DNA from: an uncultured Candidatus Rokubacteria bacterium
GTDB taxonomy: Bacteria > Methylomirabilota > Methylomirabilia > Rokubacteriales > DASRDR01
NCBI GenBank assembly: GCA_963805625.1
Contig: CAWDVE010000010.1
Coordinates: forward strand, 1,152,001-1,216,000
Reading direction: 5' to 3'
DNA length: 64,000 nt
Made by a program: the position numbers and the translations under genes. Below the pieces are notes generated by a model. It worked only from the letters and a program-made list of their open reading frames with translations, did not search any database and had not been told where the DNA came from. Shown here one piece after another: positions 14,740-22,356 of the stretch (positions are counted from its first letter, which is position 1; every line of letters begins with the position of its first letter).

Positions 14740-15743
14740 CCGCCCATCTCCACGAAGACCTTGAGCGCCTCATGGCGCTCCATGAGGCCGACCGCGTCGG
14801 CCATGCGCTCGAGGGGGACGCGATGCGAGCAGAGCTCGTCCACCCGGACCGCGCCGTTTCGGATGAGGTCGAAGGCCTCGGCCAGGTCCGCCGGGGACGA
14901 CGAGTAGGTCGCGGTCAGGGTCAGCTCCCGCTTGTAGAACTCGCCGAACGGCACCGGCCCCTCGCCCTCGCCGACGAAGAGGTGAACCGCCCCGCCGTCG
15001 CGCACCCAGCCGAGCGCGGCCCGGACGAGGGCGGGAGCCGCGGCCGCCAGCACGACCACGTCGGCACCCCGGCCCTCGCTCAGATCCGCGATGGCCCTGC
15101 CGGCCCCATCGGGCGCCGCGGCCGCCTCCGCGCCAAGCGACTCCGCCAGCGCCCGGCGGGCAGGAAGCGGATCGACTCCCACGACGCGCGCCTCGCGCCG
15201 GCGGGCGAGCTGGAGGAGGAGGCAGCCCATCGCCCCGAGCCCCGCCACGACGACCGTGTCGCCTGCCTCCACCGCCGCGCGCCGGATCGCCCGGACGCAG
15301 CAGCCGAGAGGCTCGGTGAACGAGGCGACGGCGTCGGACATCTCGGCGGGCACGCGGAAGGTCACGTGGCGCACGTTCTCGGCGGGGACGCGCACGTACT
15401 CGGCGAAGCCACCCGGGTCGAGGTTCGAGGCCTTGAAGGCTCGGCACATCGAAACGCTGCCTCGCCGGCAGTAGTGGCAGGTGGAGCATGGGACGTGGTG
15501 GGCCACGACCACCCGTTCGCCCGGGCGAAACCCTCCGGTGCCCTCGCCCGCCTCGGCCACCTCGCCCACGACCTCGTGCCCGAGGACGGCCGGCCGCGAC
15601 ACTGGCCCGCGAAGCTTGGCCAGGTCCGAGCCGCACAGGCCGCATCCCAGGACCCGCAGCAGGAGCTCGCCGGGGCCAATCCGAGGGACGGGGCGGGTCT
15701 CGACGCGGATCTCGCCGGTACCTGCGTGGACGGCCGCCCTCAT
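14736..15743 (-). CDS. Zinc-binding alcohol dehydrogenase (MDR family)
   Basis: CGSD, GHE, CSTCHYC...C and GLGAMG motifs. Confidence 0.85.
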   Translation of the reverse strand: MRAAVHAGTGEIRVETRPVPRIGPGELLLRVLGCGLCGSDLAKLRGPVSRPAVLGHEVVGEVAEAGEGTGGFRPGERVVVAHHVPCSTCHYCRRGSVSMCRAFKASNLDPGGFAEYVRVPAENVRHVTFRVPAEMSDAVASFTEPLGCCVRAIRRAAVEAGDTVVVAGLGAMGCLLLQLARRREARVVGVDPLPARRALAESLGAEAAAAPDGAGRAIADLSEGRGADVVVLAAAAPALVRAALGWVRDGGAVHLFVGEGEGPVPFGEFYKRELTLTATYSSSPADLAEAFDLIRNGAVRVDELCSHRVPLERMADAVGLMERHEALKVFVEMGG

Positions 15744-16588
15744 GGGGCGAGCTGGCCGTGCAGGTAAGCGCCGAGCGCGAGGGCGATCTTCTTCGGAGTG
15801 GGAACCCGGATGCGACCCTCGAAGACGCGGAACTGGCGCGCCTCGATCTCTCGCAGGAGCGCGCGGTAGATGCCGCCCATGATCTGCGCCGCGATGAGGC
15901 GACGCCGGTCAGCCGGTGGCAGGGCCGCCTTGGCAGCACGGTAGTACGCGTGCGCGCGGTCGGCCTGGAAGCGCATCAGCCCGACGAACGCCGGGGTGTG
16001 CCGCCCGCGGATGAGCTCGTCCTCCGAGTACCCGAACCGGCGGATCTCGTCGAGCGGTAGATAGATGCGGCCACGCTCGGCGTCCGTGCGGAGGTCGCGC
16101 ATGATGTTCGTCAGCTGGAGCGCGACTCCCAGGTTGACCGCGTAGTCCCGGGCCCGGGGGTCCGTGTAGCCGAAGACCTCGATGCAGGCCAGACCGACCG
16201 CCCCCGCCACCCGATAGCAGTACTCGTACAGCTCCTCGAACGAGGCGTAGCGCCGCTTGTCGATGTCCATCTCGACGCCGTCGAGGATCGCCTCGAGATG
16301 CCGGCGCTGGACGGGAAAGGCCCGGACCACCTCGGCGAGATGCTGGGCAATCGGCTGCGTCGGGCGACCGTCATACGCACGACCCAGCTCGAGCCGCCAG
16401 TCCGTCAGGATGCGGCGCTGCGCGCTCGGTGTCGCCGCCCCCTGATCCACGGCGTCGTCTGCCGTTCGGCAGAAGGCGTAGAGCGCGTAGATGGCGTGCC
16501 GCTTCCGTTTGGGCAGGAACAGGAACGAGTAGTAAAAATTCGACCCGCTGCGACGGGTGAGGATGGCGGAGAGGTCAGCCGCGTTCAT
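15740..16588 (-). CDS. hpnD: Presqualene diphosphate synthase HpnD (squalene/phytoene synthase family)
   Basis: SGSNFYYSF, DDAVD, YCYRVAGAVG, QLTNIMRD...RGRIYLP; TATAAT -10 box upstream. Confidence 0.85.
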   Translation of the reverse strand: MNAADLSAILTRRSGSNFYYSFLFLPKRKRHAIYALYAFCRTADDAVDQGAATPSAQRRILTDWRLELGRAYDGRPTQPIAQHLAEVVRAFPVQRRHLEAILDGVEMDIDKRRYASFEELYEYCYRVAGAVGLACIEVFGYTDPRARDYAVNLGVALQLTNIMRDLRTDAERGRIYLPLDEIRRFGYSEDELIRGRHTPAFVGLMRFQADRAHAYYRAAKAALPPADRRRLIAAQIMGGIYRALLREIEARQFRVFEGRIRVPTPKKIALALGAYLHGQLAP

Positions 16589-16633
16589 GACGTGATGTGA
16601 CACCGGCTGCGCGGGCCGGCTGGATGTCCACGA

Positions 16634-17641
16634 TTATACACGGCGTCGGCGCGGAGCATAGTCGTTCGCCCAGAACCAGTCCACCGCATCGCGGAGCGCC
16701 TGGTCCACGGGCGTCTGGGGCAGCCCGAGCTCCCGGATCGCCCTGGATGGGTCGAAGAACATCCGCTTGGCCGCCATTCGTACGGCAGTCCGCGCGACGA
16801 TCGGCTCGCTCCCCGTCAAGCGCGCCACGAGCTCGGCGCTCGCGCCGAGCGCCAGCGCGGCCCGGTGCGGCAAGCGCACCCGGGGCGCCCGCACCCCGGT
16901 GTAGGCCGCAAGCCGCTCGAAGATGGCGCGGAGCCCCAGGTTCCCCTCCGCATGCCCCAGGATGTACCGCTCGCCGACTCGGCCGCGCGCGGCCGCCAGG
17001 AGGTGCCCTCGCGCAACGTCGCGCACGTGCACGACGTTCAGCCCGGTTTCCAGGTAGGCGAGCATCCGACCCTTCAGGTAGTCCACGAGCATCCGCCCCG
17101 TCGGCGTGGGCTTCCAGTCCCACGGGCCCACGGGCGCCGAGGGGTTAACGATGACGACGGGCAATCCGCGAGCGGCGGCCGCCTCCGCCTCGCGCTCCGC
17201 GAGGAACTTCGACCGCTTGTAGTCCCCCACCATGTCCTCGAGCCGGACCGGCGTGTCCTCCGTGCCGGACCCGCCCTCCGGCGGCAAGCCGAGGGTGCCG
17301 ACACTCGACGTGTAGACCACGCGGGCGACGCCGGCCGCGGCCGCGGCAAGGAACAGCGCCCGCGTGCCGCCGACGTTGACGCGGTAGAGCACTGCGGGGT
17401 CTCGCGCCCAGAGGCGATAGTCGGCCGCGACGTGGTAGAGCACCTCCACGCCCGCGAGCGGCACCTCCAGCGAGCGCGGCTCGGCGAGGTCGCCCGTCAC
17501 GATCTCGACCGGAAGGTCGGCCAGGGCGCGCCGGTCGCTCCCCGGCCGGGCCAGGACGCGCACGGAGACCCCCTCCTCGAGCAAGGCCCGCACGACGTGG
17601 CTCCCGACGAAACCGGTCCCGCCGGTGACGAGCGCTCTCAT
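16634..17641 (-). CDS. hpnA: Hopanoid-associated sugar epimerase / NAD-dependent dehydratase HpnA
   Basis: VTGGTGFVG, HVAADYRLW, YKRSK, KPTPTG; hopanoid gene context. Confidence 0.88.
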   Translation of the reverse strand: MRALVTGGTGFVGSHVVRALLEEGVSVRVLARPGSDRRALADLPVEIVTGDLAEPRSLEVPLAGVEVLYHVAADYRLWARDPAVLYRVNVGGTRALFLAAAAAGVARVVYTSSVGTLGLPPEGGSGTEDTPVRLEDMVGDYKRSKFLAEREAEAAAARGLPVVIVNPSAPVGPWDWKPTPTGRMLVDYLKGRMLAYLETGLNVVHVRDVARGHLLAAARGRVGERYILGHAEGNLGLRAIFERLAAYTGVRAPRVRLPHRAALALGASAELVARLTGSEPIVARTAVRMAAKRMFFDPSRAIRELGLPQTPVDQALRDAVDWFWANDYAPRRRRV

Positions 17642-17763
17642 CGTGCCACGAGCGCCGGCCGGCCTCTCGGGCCAAGGCCGCGCAGGCATCCGTCAGCCGG
17701 GCACCGCGGTCGAGACGGGATGCGACGCGGATCGACCACGGCCCTAGACAGAATGAAACGGCC

Positions 17764-17865
17764 GCCCGATTGGTCAGCCGCGGCAAGCGGCCTCAGGTCG
17801 CGGTCACCGCCGTCGCGCGCGCACTGTGCGGCTTCGTCTGGGCCGTGACAACCCAGGCGGCATAG
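17764..17865 (+). pseudogene. C-terminal 33 codons of an IS110-family recombinase
   Basis: Reads ARLVSRGKRPQVAVTAVARALCGFVWAVTTQAA*, matching the GK..QV..TA.AREL.GF.WA terminus of IS110 transposases. Confidence 0.85.
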
Positions 17866-17896
17866 TGGACCGACAGCTTTCGTGCTGACGATCCGC

Positions 17897-18089
17897 GAAG
17901 CGTGGACGAGCGGGGCCACGAAAGGAGAGCCCTCGGCCCTTCTATGCGGCAGGGCGTCTTCGGACCCCGGATCCGCATTCCTAGAGCGAGGCAGCTCCCG
18001 ACGGCTCACTGTCATGCGGCCCTGCCCTCGGGCAATCCGCGAATCTCAGAGTGACTCGTCGTCGCTGCGTATCCGCTCGTCCGCGCTTC
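17897..18089 (+). ncRNA. Putative bridge RNA / seekRNA of the mini-IS1111 element
   Basis: 17-bp closing stem 17897-913 with 18073-089 (one G-U); segments CCCTTCTA and CCTAGA match the reconstituted target, CTGTC and ATCTCAGA match the circle junction. Confidence 0.75.
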
Positions 18090-18156
18090 CGGCTCCCACG
18101 AGGTCGACCACCCCCTTCGACCGGACCCCCGGCTACCCTTGACGGACCGTTTCATC

Positions 18157-19344
18157 TCAGAAGGGGTAGTCGAGGCCCACGTAGATCGCCGGCCCCTCCC
18201 GGCTGTACGCGAACTCGATGTGGCCGACGACGCTCGGCGGAGCCAGCCCGCGAAACCCGACACCGGGAGTGATCTCGAAGGGGGTGTCGGCAAACTGCTC
18301 GAGCGAGTTGAACACCTTGCCGACGTCGATGAAGGGCGCGACCTGCAATTCTGCGTTGACGCCGAAGATGCGGGCGCGGAACACGCTGGTGCGCACCTCG
18401 ACATTGAAGAGCAACCTGGCGTCCCCGTAGAAGCGATTCTCGCCGAAGCCGCGCAGCGTGTCGACCCCGCCCAGCGTGGGCAGCACCTGGAAGGGGGTGT
18501 TCGACTCACCCGAGATGCCCTCGAAGAGTCCCCGCAGGACCAGCACAACCCGCCGGTCGAGGAAGGGCTTCAGGTACCTGCCTTCGCCACCGGCCTTGAT
18601 GTAGTCGGCGTCGCTCCCGAGGAGCTCGGTGGAGGCCTCGGCAAACACGCTGACGTAGAGTCCCTGCGTCGGCGTGGTCAGCGAGTCGCGGTTGTCGTGT
18701 ATGAAGGCAACCCGCTGGGCGTGGATCGTGGCGCCCTGGATCCCCGGGAGGTCCGGGAAGAGGTCACCGGTGTAGGGCAGGCCCGGCACACCCCCTGGGG
18801 CAACCTCGAACCGCTGAAGGGTCTCGCCGAGGGACAGTCGCATGGTCGGAGTCACGTTGACGCCGAAGATGGCGTACCCCCCCGTCGTCTCCAGCGTCAT
18901 GTTGGATTCGTCGATCTTCTCCGATGAGGGGCCGATACCGAAGAAGCGGATCGAGGACACGCGCTCGTGCAGAAACTGGAAGTCGGTGTGGAATCGGCCG
19001 CCGAACACGTCGAGGTTCTTGTACTGGATTTTGAGCTCGCGGTCGATGTTCTCCGAGTAGGAGGCGATGAACTCCAGGCGCTCGAGGGCGCTCGCGTAGA
19101 GGAAGTACCGGAAAGTCCCCGTCACCCCGCGGATCTCGTTCCAGGTTATGGATGGGGCCACGATGGTCCGGATACGCCCCTCCTCGTCCTTGAACATCCA
19201 GACCGGAAGGATGCCGTAGGTCTCCCCCTCGTTCGGATCGGTGTCGAACGCGGGCAAGGGAAAGAAGGAATACGAGGTGTCCGCCGCCGCCGGACGCGGC
19301 AGCGCGAGCAGGCAGCCGACCAGGAGCGCGGTGAGAGACCTCAG
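18157..19344 (-). CDS. BamA/TamA (Omp85)-family outer-membrane beta-barrel without POTRA domains
   Basis: Signal peptide ending AAA-DT, LGG..TLRGF motif and C-terminal YPF; probable CTG start overlapping the upstream TGA. Confidence 0.75.
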   Translation of the reverse strand: MRSLTALLVGCLLALPRPAAADTSYSFFPLPAFDTDPNEGETYGILPVWMFKDEEGRIRTIVAPSITWNEIRGVTGTFRYFLYASALERLEFIASYSENIDRELKIQYKNLDVFGGRFHTDFQFLHERVSSIRFFGIGPSSEKIDESNMTLETTGGYAIFGVNVTPTMRLSLGETLQRFEVAPGGVPGLPYTGDLFPDLPGIQGATIHAQRVAFIHDNRDSLTTPTQGLYVSVFAEASTELLGSDADYIKAGGEGRYLKPFLDRRVVLVLRGLFEGISGESNTPFQVLPTLGGVDTLRGFGENRFYGDARLLFNVEVRTSVFRARIFGVNAELQVAPFIDVGKVFNSLEQFADTPFEITPGVGFRGLAPPSVVGHIEFAYSREGPAIYVGLDYPF

Positions 19345-20063
19345 GGCTCGCCCGGTGTGTCCACGAACGCCCGAATGAACCGGGCGAGGCTCTCGAGCGC
19401 CTGGTGCGATCGACCGCCGAGGCGCCAGACCGCGCCGACCAGAGCCGGACGCCCGAGGAGGCGCGCCACGGCGCGGATGCGCGTGCGGCCATCTGCCCCC
19501 ACCACTCCGAGCAGCTCTCGCGGTACGTCGTCCTCGGGGCCGTCCGCAATGGCCCGGACGGCCAGTGCGGGAAGCCCGGCGCGCCGGGCCCAGGCGAGGA
19601 CGTGGGCGCTTTCCATGTCGACAGCCAGCACGCGCTGCGTCGCCCACCACTCTGCCTTCGCCGCCGGGCTCGTCACGACGTCGTCCACCGTGAGGAGCCG
19701 TCCGACCTGGTAGCGGAGCCGGGCGGCATCGAGGGCGCGTGCGGCCCGGCGTCGGAGACCAGGATCCCCGCCGTCACTGCAGGACTCCGCACCTGGGGCC
19801 GCCACGGGGTCCCCGATGATAACGTCACCCGGCCGGAGACCCGGCCCGCAGCCACCCGCGAGCCCGGTCACGAGTAGCGCGACGGGCTCCCGCGAGGCCG
19901 GGGGGATGTCGAGACGGTCGAGAAGGGTCGCGCGAGGACCCACGATCCGGACGGTCAGTGCCCGCCGGGTGGCCGGCGGCAGCCGCCGGAGCAATCCGCG
20001 GGCCTCCATGACAAGGCCGGCGACGACGAGGACGCGACCCTCGCGCGTGAGCTCGACCCCTGC
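19341..20063 (-). CDS. hpnG: Hopanoid-associated phosphorylase/nucleosidase, HpnG-like (start codon unclear)
   Basis: VTGLAGG...LRPGDVII, AVDMES and VRAIAD nucleoside-phosphorylase motifs; downstream of hpnH. Confidence 0.65.
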   Translation of the reverse strand, partial: AGVELTREGRVLVVAGLVMEARGLLRRLPPATRRALTVRIVGPRATLLDRLDIPPASREPVALLVTGLAGGCGPGLRPGDVIIGDPVAAPGAESCSDGGDPGLRRRAARALDAARLRYQVGRLLTVDDVVTSPAAKAEWWATQRVLAVDMESAHVLAWARRAGLPALAVRAIADGPEDDVPRELLGVVGADGRTRIRAVARLLGRPALVGAVWRLGGRSHQALESLARFIRAFVDTPGEP

Positions 20064-20064
20064 G

Positions 20065-20412
20065 TCACGGTGGCGGTGGGCCCGCCGCCCGTCCGACCTT
20101 CTCCGCCTGCTTCCGGGCAAGCCATGCGGCGTAGGACTTCCCGGCCGCGGTGTCCTTTCCAGTGAAGTGGATCGTGCGCACCTCCGCGTACGGAACGCGG
20201 TAGGGTCCGCCGCCCTCGGCGTCGAACATCTCGAGGTACGGCACGGGAGCGTCCGCATCCCGATTGAACACGTAGCCGTGGAGCTCCGCACCGTCACGCT
20301 TCACGACCGTCGTGTTCCCCCGGTAGTCGAAGGCGAGCTCGACGATGTGGGCGAGAGACATCTCGGCATCCGGCTCGGGCGCCCACCCCTCGAGGGGCTT
20401 CTCGACCTCCAT
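20065..20412 (-). CDS. Hypothetical protein of the hopanoid cluster (~115 aa)
   Basis: ATG overlaps the hpnH stop (TGATG); protein-like composition AFDYRGNTTV..DG..L.GYVFNR...FTGKDTAAGKS. Confidence 0.7.
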   Translation of the reverse strand: MEVEKPLEGWAPEPDAEMSLAHIVELAFDYRGNTTVVKRDGAELHGYVFNRDADAPVPYLEMFDAEGGGPYRVPYAEVRTIHFTGKDTAAGKSYAAWLARKQAEKVGRAAGPPPP

Positions 20413-21434
20413 CACGCGCGCCCGGTCACGGTGGCCACCACCGTGTCCCGGAATCCGCGCCAGCTGGAGAAGGTCTCCTGGACGGCCGTCGCTTCGAACC
20501 CGCAGTGGACCATGCAGTCGCGGCACTTCTCGTTGCCGCTCCGCTTCCCGTAGCGCTCCCACCGCGTGCCGTGGAGCAGATTCTCGAAACTCTGCGCGTA
20601 GCCCTCCTGGAGGAGATAGCACGGGCGCTGCCAGCCGAAGACGTTGAAGGTCGGATTCCCCCAGGGCGTGCACTCGTAGTCTCGCTTCCCCATGAGGAAC
20701 TGAAGGAACAGCGGAGACTGGTTGAACCGCCACCGCCGCTTCGGGCTCGACAGGATGCGACGGAAGAGGTCGTTGGCCCGCTGCTTGCGGAGGAAGTGCT
20801 CCTGATCGGGCGCCTTCGAGTAGCTGTAGCCGGGGGACACCATCATCCCCTCCACGCCGAGGTCCATCATCGCGTCGAAGAACTGCCGCACCCGCTCGGG
20901 ATTCGCGCCGTCGAACAGGGTGGTGTTCGTCGTCACGCGATATCCCCGGCGAAGCGCCTCCCGGATTCCCTCGACGGCCTGGTCGAAGACGCCATCCTTG
21001 CAGACGGCCTCGTCGTGCTCCTCCCGGAGCCCATCCATGTGGATGCTGAAGGAGAGGTACTTCGAGGGCGTGAAGACGCCGGCGTCGAGCTTCTCCTTGA
21101 GCAGGATGGCGTTCGTGCACAGATAGATGTACTTCTTCCGCGCGACCAGCTCCGTCACGAGCCGCCCGATCTCCGGGTACATGAGAGGCTCGCCGCCCGG
21201 AATGGACACGATGGGGGCGCCGCACTCGTCGACGGCCTTGAGACACTGGTCGACGGTGAGGTTCTTCCGGAGGATCTGACCCGGGTACTGGATCTTGCCG
21301 CAGCCCGCACAGGCGAGGTTGCAGCGGAACAGCGGCTCGAGCATGAGGACGAGCGGGTACTGCTTGCGCCCACGAAATCGCTGCGTGAGCACGTAGCTCG
21401 CGACGGTCCACATCTGAGAGATGGGTACGCTCAT
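20412..21434 (-). CDS. hpnH: Adenosyl-hopene transferase HpnH (radical SAM)
   Basis: LMLEPLFRCNLACAGCGKI, CTPWGNPT, PCYLL, CRDCMVHCGFEAT. Confidence 0.95.
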   Translation of the reverse strand: MSVPISQMWTVASYVLTQRFRGRKQYPLVLMLEPLFRCNLACAGCGKIQYPGQILRKNLTVDQCLKAVDECGAPIVSIPGGEPLMYPEIGRLVTELVARKKYIYLCTNAILLKEKLDAGVFTPSKYLSFSIHMDGLREEHDEAVCKDGVFDQAVEGIREALRRGYRVTTNTTLFDGANPERVRQFFDAMMDLGVEGMMVSPGYSYSKAPDQEHFLRKQRANDLFRRILSSPKRRWRFNQSPLFLQFLMGKRDYECTPWGNPTFNVFGWQRPCYLLQEGYAQSFENLLHGTRWERYGKRSGNEKCRDCMVHCGFEATAVQETFSSWRGFRDTVVATVTGRA

Positions 21435-21453
21435 ACGCTCCGCTCGCCGGGTC

Positions 21454-22311
21454 TCATGCGGGCCCGCCGGCGCGCGCCGGTATCCGGCCCGCCTGGTCCC
21501 GCGATCGTAGAGAGCATACTACAACGGCTGCCAGCGGCACGTGGAGGAGAACCCCGACGCCCAGAAGCGCGGGCTCGGCCACCGCCGCCGTGATCGCGAG
21601 GTTGAAGGCCAGCACGAGATAGTAGAGCGCCACGGCCTGGCGTCCGTGCTCCGGCCAGCGCGTCCCCCAGGCGGGCCGCGCGCCGCCAACGCGAGGGCCG
21701 AGGACGGTCCAGCCCCACGCGATCGCCGCCCCGACGAGCACCCAGCCGACAAAGTTCGCGGCCGGCACCCCGAAGTACCAGCCGGGCTCTGGATAGTAGA
21801 AGATCCGGCCGAGGAACCACCGGTCGCCCCGCACCGCCAGCGGATCGATCACGATGTCGAGCCACATCATGAGGAATCCCGCCAGGCCAGCCAGGCGAAG
21901 GCGCGCGCCGGTCCGGGCCTGGGCCGTCTCTCCCCCTACACCGAGGAGCTGCCCGGCCAGTCCGAGACTCGCGTACGCGAGAAACGTGAAGGACACAGGG
22001 TCGAAGAGGGGGACGTTCGAGACGTAGAGCTCCCGCCCCGCGGTCGCCCCGGTGTAGTGGTAGAGCCCGAAGGGGATCCCGGTGCGCGTCGAGCTCCACT
22101 CGGCGGTGAACGCCAGGCCCCCGGCCCAGGCGGTGAACGCCACCGCGCGTCGCCAGCCCCACGCCGCCGCCGCGGCGGCGAGGTAGACGGCGAGGAACCC
22201 GAACACGTACGGGCGCAGGAGGACGCTGCCCCACGCGCGCCCGAGCACTGCCCCGAGCCCTGCAAAGATGAAGAGCTGGTCGCCGTCGCCCATCGGTTCC
22301 GAGCCACCCAT
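21454..22311 (-). CDS. Carotenoid biosynthesis (CruF-like) membrane protein
   Basis: E..STRTGIPFGLYHY, D..IDPLA and YFGVP.ANF.GW motifs. Confidence 0.75.
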   Translation of the reverse strand: MGGSEPMGDGDQLFIFAGLGAVLGRAWGSVLLRPYVFGFLAVYLAAAAAAWGWRRAVAFTAWAGGLAFTAEWSSTRTGIPFGLYHYTGATAGRELYVSNVPLFDPVSFTFLAYASLGLAGQLLGVGGETAQARTGARLRLAGLAGFLMMWLDIVIDPLAVRGDRWFLGRIFYYPEPGWYFGVPAANFVGWVLVGAAIAWGWTVLGPRVGGARPAWGTRWPEHGRQAVALYYLVLAFNLAITAAVAEPALLGVGVLLHVPLAAVVVCSLRSRDQAGRIPARAGGPA

Positions 22312-22356
22312 GCTACACTAAGCCGCAATCGGCGGGACCAGGGACCCCAGCGATCA

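Larger units (their letters stand above)
17746..18160 (+). mobile_element. Non-autonomous, internally deleted IS1111-group (IS110 family) element retaining both ends
   Basis: Sub-terminal IRs ATGAAACGGCCG (17753-64) and CGGACCGTTTCAT (18143-55); AG core on both sides (17746-47, 18159-60); transposase tail; outward TTGACG -35 at 18139-44. Confidence 0.85.

Noticed and set aside
21541-22356. Long N-terminal extension of Shc
   Set aside because: Antisense shadow of the CruF-like gene; ATG 22357 gives a normal-length cyclase
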